From: a virus
Taxonomy: Duplodnaviria; Caudoviricetes
DNA length: 46,355 nt
IMG/VR virus record: IMGVR_UViG_3300011102_000427
Span: 1 to 46,355 of that record
Reading direction: 5' to 3' (one strand)
Notes under the pieces: generated by a model
The model's input: only the letters and a program-made list of their open reading frames with translations
The model's database searches: none
What the model was told of the DNA's origin: nothing
Translations under genes and position numbers: made by a program
Shown here: positions 17,956 to 24,775 of the stretch, one piece after another
How the letters are laid out: each line of letters opens with the position of its first letter
Position numbering within the stretch: position 1 is the first letter of the stretch

Positions 17956-18286
17956 GAACACTACCCCTCCCGCAGGCGTTGGCCGCCCGCGCAAGGGCCC
18001 CCGCAAGGATATCCACGTTCGAGTGCCGGACCCCGTCCTGCTCGAACTCTTTCTCTTGCGCCCAGAACTCCTCGACGCGCAGGGAGGCGTGCGCTACGGA
18101 GGGCTCCAGGAATATCTCCTGGGACTGCTCCGCGCGGACCTGGAGCGGCTCCGCCGTGCGGCGAGGAAGAACAGGACGCCAGCCCAGGACTGGAACGCAG
18201 CGATGGGGGCGGGCGGATCGGCGACCAACCAGCCGGCGCCCGCCGCCCCGCCGGAACAGTCAGGTGAAAAAGGACTTGACAACTGA
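17948..18286 (+). CDS. AT-hook plus ribbon-helix-helix-like DNA-binding protein
   Basis: ATG 17948 with GGAG RBS; GRPRK, then DIHVRVP strand and two helices. Confidence 0.6.
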   Translation: MAENTTPPAGVGRPRKGPRKDIHVRVPDPVLLELFLLRPELLDAQGGVRYGGLQEYLLGLLRADLERLRRAARKNRTPAQDWNAAMGAGGSATNQPAPAAPPEQSGEKGLDN

Positions 18287-18304
18287 CCGGGTTTTTGATA
18301 CCAT
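18276..18304 (+). promoter_or_regulatory. Sigma70 promoter for the replication/recombination operon
   Basis: TTGACA-17 bp-TACCAT with extended TGn; shares CTTGACAACTG with the 8049 promoter. Confidence 0.8.
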
Positions 18305-18335
18305 CATGGCCCTTCCAAACTGAGGACAACAACTC

Positions 18336-18638
18336 ATGGCTCTAGGAATCGAACAAGCCCAGAAGCTTTCTGAACTCCGCGTCCGCATGCTGAAGAACAC
18401 CCAGGCGGGCAGACCTTCGCATGAAGGATTTTCCAAGGAGGAAATCAAGGAAGCCCTGGATATGATCCGTGCAGGGAAGGGGGCGTCCGCCGCTGCCGCC
18501 GCTACCAAGGCGAAGAAAGGCACGGGGAAGAAGAAATCTGCGGTTGCCGTGGATACCAAGAGCTTCTTCGGCGACCTCGACCTGGACGAGGATGACGAGG
18601 AAGAAACTCCCGACGGAGCTGACAAGCCCGCGAATTAA
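18336..18638 (+). CDS. Lys/Ala-rich protein with acidic tail
   Basis: 100 aa, GAGG RBS; KAKKGTGKKK followed by DLDEDDEEE. Confidence 0.8.
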   Translation: MALGIEQAQKLSELRVRMLKNTQAGRPSHEGFSKEEIKEALDMIRAGKGASAAAAATKAKKGTGKKKSAVAVDTKSFFGDLDLDEDDEEETPDGADKPAN

Positions 18639-18700
18639 CATTCGCCTGTGTTAGCCGAGCAGGTCATCGGCCCTTTCAATAACTGAAGAAGGAAATCAAG

Positions 18701-19027
18701 ATGAACAATGCATACGCGACTCCAAACGTCGGCGTCGGCACCAGCGCCAATACCAAACAACCTACGGCACTGGAGCTGATCGAGAGCCGACTGGTCACTG
18801 TGGATTCCACACTGCATACGCAGGTGGAGCGTCTGGAAGGCAAGCTCTTCAGCCTGGCCGGGTGCCGCCTCGAAGACCAGCCTTCGCCAGACCCAGCACC
18901 TTCGCCAGGCGCGCCTGTACCCAAAGCGGAGGCCCCAATCCTCGTTCGCATCGACGCTCGTATCAGCCTGCTGCAAGAGCTGGCCGAGCGCCTTCACCGT
19001 AACTTGCTGAAGCTGGAGCGCATTTAA
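18701..19027 (+). CDS. Hypothetical coiled-coil protein
   Basis: 108 aa, AAGGA RBS, TAATG coupling. Confidence 0.7.
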   Translation: MNNAYATPNVGVGTSANTKQPTALELIESRLVTVDSTLHTQVERLEGKLFSLAGCRLEDQPSPDPAPSPGAPVPKAEAPILVRIDARISLLQELAERLHRNLLKLERI

Positions 19028-20034
19028 TGCTCCGCCCCTCCAACCGCCCACCCTTTCCCAAGGTATGGGACAACACAATGCGCTCGGACGTGGTGTCCTG
19101 CCACACCAAGGCGTATTGGGCGTGGCTTCGGAAGCTTTCCTCTCCCGAACCCTCGATCGACCTCATTGCCGGTGGCGCCTTTGCTCGCGGCCTCGAAATC
19201 TTCCGGCTGGACTATTACGGAGAGAAGAAGTCGAAGGAAGAGGCCCTGCAGCGGGCGATGATGGAAGCCATCGCTGCGTACGGGGATACCGTTGTACCAG
19301 ACAAGAAGGAAAACAAAGGTCCGGACCGTGTGGTCACTGCCCTTGCTGCGTATTTCGAGCGGTACGATCCTGACACGGATCATATCCAGCCACACTTCGC
19401 GCCAAGTGGCAAGCCGATGGTTGAGTTCACGTTCTCCATACCTTTACCAGTCACCCACCCGGAAGACGGCGAGCCGCTGATCTACGCCGGCAGGTTCGAC
19501 ATGGTGGGGAAATTTCAGGGGCAGCTTATCGGTGTGGATGAGAAAACCGCCACGCAGCTCGGGTCTTCCTGGCAGAAGCAATGGAACCTCCGCGCGCAGT
19601 TCACCGGGTATACCTGGGCGATGCAGCAGTACGGGTTCCCTGTCGTCGGGATCATGGTGCGGGGAGTCAGTTTCCTCACCGCGAACTCCAAGGTCGCCTG
19701 GAATGGGACAGGTCATGGGTTCGAGGAGTCCTTCCAGCTTCGACCACAGTACATGATCGACCAGTGGTACGAGCAGCTCATTCGGGACCTGGAGAACTTC
19801 AAACAAGCCTGGCTCGACGGCGTGTATGACCAGAACTTCTCCGAGTCCTGCGCCTCCTGGTCGGGGTGTGCGTTCCAGAGCCTCTGCCAGGCCGCCGACC
19901 CCGAGCCCTTTACCTCGAATTACGGCACCAGGGATTGGGACCCGCTGGCGAAGATTCCTGAGAAGAAGGAAACGAAGCCGGTAGAGACGGTCCAGGATGC
20001 TGCCTTTATGGACTTCTTGAAAGGAGTGGACTGA
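19027..20034 (+). CDS. PD-(D/E)XK exonuclease (RecB/Cas4-like)
   Basis: VEF...GRFD...DEKT...QFTGY plus N- and C-terminal cysteines. Confidence 0.88.
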   Translation: MLRPSNRPPFPKVWDNTMRSDVVSCHTKAYWAWLRKLSSPEPSIDLIAGGAFARGLEIFRLDYYGEKKSKEEALQRAMMEAIAAYGDTVVPDKKENKGPDRVVTALAAYFERYDPDTDHIQPHFAPSGKPMVEFTFSIPLPVTHPEDGEPLIYAGRFDMVGKFQGQLIGVDEKTATQLGSSWQKQWNLRAQFTGYTWAMQQYGFPVVGIMVRGVSFLTANSKVAWNGTGHGFEESFQLRPQYMIDQWYEQLIRDLENFKQAWLDGVYDQNFSESCASWSGCAFQSLCQAADPEPFTSNYGTRDWDPLAKIPEKKETKPVETVQDAAFMDFLKGVD

Positions 20035-20035
20035 G

Positions 20036-20884
20036 ATGAATGCATCTGTACAGGAGCTGAACAAGCTCAAGCCTGCCCCCAAGGTTCTCATCATGGGGGA
20101 CTCGGGTACGGGCAAGACCTATGCCCTTCGCACCCTGATCGACGCAGGCATCACGCCCTTCGTCATCGCTACGGAGCAGAACGCGATTCAGGAACTGAAC
20201 AAGTTCCCGGCGGGAAAGTTCCACTACAAGTTCATCTCCCCCGTCCCGCAGGATGACTGGAGCAAGGCGCTGGACATGCTGCAGAAGGTGAACAACCTCA
20301 GCTACGAAAACCTCGCTCGCGCGGTGGACCCGTTCAAGCAGGCCCACAACAAGCTGATCGAGGTGGTGGCGACGTGCAACAAGTTCGTCTCCGACGTGGA
20401 CGGGAAGAACTACGGTGACTGCACCAAGTGGGGAACGGACCGCGCCCTGGTGCTGGATTCCCTCTCTGGCCTCTCGGACATGGCATTCTCCCTGGTGGTC
20501 GGCAACAAGCCGGTTCGCGCGATGCCGGATTACCAGGTGGCGCAGAACGCGCTGCGCATGCTGCTGAACATCGGCGTGGCCATGACGCCTATGATGATCC
20601 TGATTGCCCACCTGTCCAGGGAGAAGGACGAGATCACTGGTGGCACCACGATCACTGCCAGCTCCGTCGGCCAGAAGCTCGGCCCCGACCTGCCGCGTAT
20701 GTTCTCTGACGTGGTCCGCGCCAAGCGGGAGAACAATCAGTACTATTGGGATACTGCCGATAGCCAGGCAATCGTCGTCGGCCGCCATCTCAGTTCCGGC
20801 AAGACCCTTGCTTCTTTCGTGCCCCTCATCGAGGCCTGGAAGAAGTCGGGCGGGGTCATCACTCCGTCCGCCCCACCGACTTAA
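20036..20884 (+). CDS. AAA/P-loop ATPase (Sak4-like recombinase)
   Basis: GDSGTGKT, LVLDSLS, LIAH; sits between exonuclease and SSB. Confidence 0.82.
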   Translation: MNASVQELNKLKPAPKVLIMGDSGTGKTYALRTLIDAGITPFVIATEQNAIQELNKFPAGKFHYKFISPVPQDDWSKALDMLQKVNNLSYENLARAVDPFKQAHNKLIEVVATCNKFVSDVDGKNYGDCTKWGTDRALVLDSLSGLSDMAFSLVVGNKPVRAMPDYQVAQNALRMLLNIGVAMTPMMILIAHLSREKDEITGGTTITASSVGQKLGPDLPRMFSDVVRAKRENNQYYWDTADSQAIVVGRHLSSGKTLASFVPLIEAWKKSGGVITPSAPPT

Positions 20885-20944
20885 ATTTACCCCTGTGGTA
20901 AAAGGGAGTAGCGGCCAGCAATGGTCCCCAGGTGAAAGCCTAAA

Positions 20945-20975
20945 TGCTACCGTTAACTGTTAATTAATGGTATCA
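20945..20975. promoter_or_regulatory. 31-bp palindrome, copy 3
   Basis: TGCTACCGTTAA-CTGTTAA-TTAATGGTATCA. Confidence 0.85.
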
Positions 20976-20999
20976 ACAATCAACACAGCGAGAAAGCAA

Positions 21000-21497
21000 A
21001 TGAGCGAAGTCAATCAGCAGGCTGGTGCATTCAACCCGGAACTGTTCCTGAACATGACGACCGAGGACGCCAACTCGACCGAGTACGTCCTGCTGCCGCC
21101 CGGTGAATACGTGGCAGTGATCGGTCCCATCTCTCCGGACAGCTTCAAGTCCTTCGATATCAAGCGCGGCGACCGGGCGGGCGAGAAGGCCTACCGTCTC
21201 GACCTCAAGCTGGATATCAACGACGAGACGGGTGCGCTGGCGGAACTGCTGGGCCGCAAGCCCTCCATCACCACTGGCATCATGCTCGACGTGAAGCCGG
21301 ATGGTAGTCTGGAGTTCGGCAAGGGTCGCAACGTGCAGCTCGGTCGTCTGCGCGACGCGGTGGGCCAGAACTCCACGGGTCGCCCCTGGTCGTTCGGTCA
21401 CCTGTCGGGCCAGGTGGTGAAGATCGTGGTCAAGCACGGCAGCTATGACGGCAAGACCACTGTCAATGTCGATTCGTTCGGCAAGGCCTTCGGCTGA
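21000..21497 (+). CDS. Putative single-stranded DNA-binding protein (DUF669-like)
   Basis: LLPPGEY start of an OB-like fold; follows the Sak4-like ATPase; strong codon bias. Confidence 0.7.
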   Translation: MSEVNQQAGAFNPELFLNMTTEDANSTEYVLLPPGEYVAVIGPISPDSFKSFDIKRGDRAGEKAYRLDLKLDINDETGALAELLGRKPSITTGIMLDVKPDGSLEFGKGRNVQLGRLRDAVGQNSTGRPWSFGHLSGQVVKIVVKHGSYDGKTTVNVDSFGKAFG

Positions 21498-21642
21498 TGC
21501 GGGCGCCCTGTAGGGGTTGATCCTGCAGGGAGGGGTGGAGTGGGACCACCCTGGCCGGAGATTCCGGCTGAAGACAAAGCGGAGGGGAGCAGCCCGTTCA
21601 CACACTGCCAATGTATTCACCAATAATCCTAACGAGGTTGTC

Positions 21643-21939
21643 ATGTCGAAGCAACTTTTTATCATCATTCAGGCGACGTATGGTGCGTACTACGCACTAC
21701 CAGCGGGCCTGGCCGGTGTGCCTTTCATGCAGGCGCTGCCGCATCTGCGGGAAGTGAAGAAGCAGCACGTTGATGGGGAGTATCGCTACGTGTATGCGGA
21801 AAACCAGATGGAGGATTTCTGCATCACCTTCGAGCCCATCTACGTGAAGGAGCAGAAGTCGGAGGAGGGAGAGCCGGAAGGCCCAGATACCGAAGGCGGC
21901 GTTTCGACCGATCCCCTCCCGCCAGATGCCACGTTCTGA
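21643..21939 (+). CDS. Hypothetical protein
   Basis: GAGG RBS before ATG 21643. Confidence 0.65.
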   Translation: MSKQLFIIIQATYGAYYALPAGLAGVPFMQALPHLREVKKQHVDGEYRYVYAENQMEDFCITFEPIYVKEQKSEEGEPEGPDTEGGVSTDPLPPDATF

Positions 21940-21946
21940 GGTCTCC

Positions 21947-23131
21947 ATGGAACTCTCCACACAACAGACAGAAGCCTACGACAAAGTCGGGCGCTGGCTC
22001 CGCGATCCAACCTCCCGAGTCTTTCGCCTTGATGGCTTCGCGGGAACTGGTAAAACCACGATTGCAAAAAAGCTGGCCTCCCAACACGACGGCGAGGTCC
22101 TTTTCGGCGCCTTTACTGGCAAGGCGGCAAGCGTCCTCACCCGTCGCGGCTGCCCGGCCACAACCCTTCATTCCCTCCTCTACACCCCCGTCATCGGGAG
22201 TCGCGAGGTCATCGAGCGGAAGCAGAAGGAACTTGCCAACACGAAGGATGAAGCAATCGCCGCGGCCCTCCGGCAAGAGCTCGTTGAGCTCAATACGCTG
22301 AAGTTCGAGTTCAACCACGACTCCCCTCTCAAGGACACCGACCTCTTGATAGTGGATGAAGTCTCAATGGTCGGGGAGGACCTGGGCAATGATCTCCTTA
22401 GATTCGATGATCTCAAAATCCTTGTACTTGGAGATCCTGGACAGCTTCCTCCAGTCTCTGGAGAAGGATTCTTCCAGACGAAATTTCCCTGTGACCATCT
22501 CCTTACGGAGATCCACCGTCAGGCCGCTGGTAACCCTATCATTACCCTTGCCACTCTCGTGCGACAAGGACACTCTCTGCGTCCTGGGGCCTATGGAAAT
22601 TCGCGCGTCCAGAGAAGAAGTGGAACGACTGCTGAGCATCTTGTCTCGGCGGATCAGATTATCGTTGGAGCAAACTCAACGCGCAAGAAATTCAACGCGC
22701 TCGTCCGTGATCAGCTCCGTCACCACTCCGTCTCCTGCCCGGACCCAGGGGAGAAAATCATCTGCCTGAAGAACGACAAGGAGGTAGGGTTGCTGAACGG
22801 CACGCAGTGGGCCGTGCTCTCCTCTGTCGACAATGGCCTGGGCTTGGACCTGGGGATTGTCCCCTGGGAGGACAGGGAGAAGGAAGGCGGAAAGCCCCTG
22901 CTTTGCTCCGCCCACCCGTTCGACAGGGATTTGAAGAACATGCCCTGGTGGGAGAGGAAGCTGGCGCAGGAGTTCGACTTCGGCTACGCCATCACCTGTC
23001 ACAAGGCCCAGGGCTCGCAGTGGGAAAAGGTCTTTGTCCAGGACGAGGGCTGGATGTTCAAGGAACACGCGAAGAAGTGGATTTACACTGCGATCACGCG
23101 TGCGGAAGAATCAGTGGTGGTGGCCGTATGA
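21947..23131 (+). CDS. SF1B helicase (RecD/Dda-like)
   Basis: GFAGTGKTT, IVDEVSMV, GDPGQLPPV, HRQ, YAITCHKAQGS, YTAITRA. Confidence 0.95.
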   Translation: MELSTQQTEAYDKVGRWLRDPTSRVFRLDGFAGTGKTTIAKKLASQHDGEVLFGAFTGKAASVLTRRGCPATTLHSLLYTPVIGSREVIERKQKELANTKDEAIAAALRQELVELNTLKFEFNHDSPLKDTDLLIVDEVSMVGEDLGNDLLRFDDLKILVLGDPGQLPPVSGEGFFQTKFPCDHLLTEIHRQAAGNPIITLATLVRQGHSLRPGAYGNSRVQRRSGTTAEHLVSADQIIVGANSTRKKFNALVRDQLRHHSVSCPDPGEKIICLKNDKEVGLLNGTQWAVLSSVDNGLGLDLGIVPWEDREKEGGKPLLCSAHPFDRDLKNMPWWERKLAQEFDFGYAITCHKAQGSQWEKVFVQDEGWMFKEHAKKWIYTAITRAEESVVVAV

Positions 23132-23376
23132 ATGGAAGAACTTATTTAATGGAAGACGCAGAGCTGAGTCCTATAACGCAGGAGGAACAACAACAGCTCC
23201 TGGAGTTCTTCAGCAAGATGTTCCCGAACCGTCCCTTCCTGTTGGCGTGGAGGGAGACGAAGGCCACGGGCGCTTTCAGCAACATTGCCCTGCCCGAAGA
23301 TCGTCTGGCATTTCTGCAACCAGTGCTTCAGGATACCCTCCGGGAACTGCTGGAACACCCCAAAATCCCGAACTGA
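23128..23376 (+). CDS. Hypothetical protein
   Basis: ATGA overlap with the helicase stop; MNGRTYLMEDAEL... Confidence 0.6.
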   Translation: MNGRTYLMEDAELSPITQEEQQQLLEFFSKMFPNRPFLLAWRETKATGAFSNIALPEDRLAFLQPVLQDTLRELLEHPKIPN

Positions 23377-23411
23377 TCATCACATCACTATCAAGTGTGG
23401 GAGTTTACATA

Positions 23412-24773
23412 GTGGATATCAATTTCCTCCGCACCGACGCTATTCAAATCCTTGACACACGCCAGAGGAAGGAAGTCAATGAACTACACATCAAGACTCT
23501 GGCCGCAGATATTTTGGAGAACGGTCTCCTTCATCCTCTCACCGTTACTTACGATAACGTCCTTGTTGCTGGCTTTTGCCGCCTTACTGCTGTACGCAGC
23601 CTTACAGGTGACTTCCGCTTTGGGGATACTGTGGTACCGCGCGGCCATGTGCCTGTTGTTAGGCTTGACCAAGCTCGCACGGCTCTCGATCTTTTTAAGC
23701 TCGAGTTCTCGGAAAACGAAAAGCGGCTCGGATTGACGCCAGTCGAGCGGGCGGCCGCGCTGGCCCACCTGCACCGAAACCTCGAGGCGACGGCGAAGGA
23801 GAAGGGCGAGGTGTGGAGCCGCCAGCAAACTGCGGCGGAAGTGGTGAAGCTCGAGGGCGGCGTCCCCGCACCTACCAGGCAGAACGATGTGGCAGGGGAA
23901 GTGGCGGAGGCCCTGATCATCGACTCGTTCAAGGATGACCCGGACGTAGCGAGTGCGCCGACGAAGGCCGCGGCAGTAAAGATCGCGAAGAAGAAGATGG
24001 AGGAGCAGTTCAGCCAGATGCTGGGCGCGGCGGTGTCGGAGGAGATGGAGGACGAGGAGGTGGATGACACCTACCGCGTTTTCCGAGGGGATTTCAAGGA
24101 CTTTCCTTTGGAGGAAGAAGCGTATGCCGGCATCATCTGTGATCCCCCTTATGGTGTCGGTGCTGATTCTTTTGGCGATCAGTCTTACGCTACTGGACAC
24201 CAGTACAAGGATGATGAAGCAACCGCGCTGGACACAGCACGCCAGGTTCTTACAAGATCTTTCGGCGCTGTCCGGGATGGTGGCCATTGTTATCTGTTTT
24301 GCGACATTCGTCATTGGCCTAAGCTGAAAGCGATGGCCGTGGAGGCAGGCTGGTACGCCTGGCCTACCCCTTTGATCTGGGACAAGTCCACCGGGCACGC
24401 ACCTCAGGTCGGCTACTTCTCTCGCACCTACGAATGCATCCTTTTCTGCGCCAAGGGGATGACCCGGAAGCTCACCAGAACTGTGCCAGATGTGATCAAA
24501 GTCCCTGGCGTTCGGGACAAGATCCACGCAGCGCAGAAGCCGACGGACCTGTACACCCACCTCATGCGGCTCTCCTTCTTCCCCGGCGAGCGGGTGGTGG
24601 ACTTCACCTGCGGCTCCGGCACGATCTTCAAAGCCGCGGCGCAAGCCGGCCTCCGCGCTGACGGCTTCGAGCGGGATGAAAAGTATTTCCACATCTGTCA
24701 GCAGGTGGTCAATGGACTTAGAGTCGCCCCGCCACCAACGGACCTTCTGGACGAAGATGACGAGGAGGGTTAA
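23412..24773 (+). CDS. ParB-like domain fused to a beta-class N6A/N4C DNA methyltransferase
   Basis: N-terminal RQRK...GLLHPL...LVAGFCRL...ENEKR; C-terminal DPPY, HAAQKP, DFTCGSGT; GTG 23412 with GGGAG RBS. Confidence 0.88.
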   Translation: MDINFLRTDAIQILDTRQRKEVNELHIKTLAADILENGLLHPLTVTYDNVLVAGFCRLTAVRSLTGDFRFGDTVVPRGHVPVVRLDQARTALDLFKLEFSENEKRLGLTPVERAAALAHLHRNLEATAKEKGEVWSRQQTAAEVVKLEGGVPAPTRQNDVAGEVAEALIIDSFKDDPDVASAPTKAAAVKIAKKKMEEQFSQMLGAAVSEEMEDEEVDDTYRVFRGDFKDFPLEEEAYAGIICDPPYGVGADSFGDQSYATGHQYKDDEATALDTARQVLTRSFGAVRDGGHCYLFCDIRHWPKLKAMAVEAGWYAWPTPLIWDKSTGHAPQVGYFSRTYECILFCAKGMTRKLTRTVPDVIKVPGVRDKIHAAQKPTDLYTHLMRLSFFPGERVVDFTCGSGTIFKAAAQAGLRADGFERDEKYFHICQQVVNGLRVAPPPTDLLDEDDEEG

Positions 24774-24775
24774 GC

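Noticed and set aside
19027-20034. Cas4 as evidence of a CRISPR system
   Set aside because: It sits in a standard exonuclease-Sak4-SSB recombination module with no array.
23034-23411. N-terminal 126 aa of the 579-aa ORF
   Set aside because: It overlaps the helicase end and the 23128 gene; the ParB domain and RBS point to GTG 23412.
23412-24000. ParB as evidence of a plasmid-prophage lifestyle
   Set aside because: No ParA, Rep, protelomerase or clear repressor was found, and the domain is fused to a methyltransferase.
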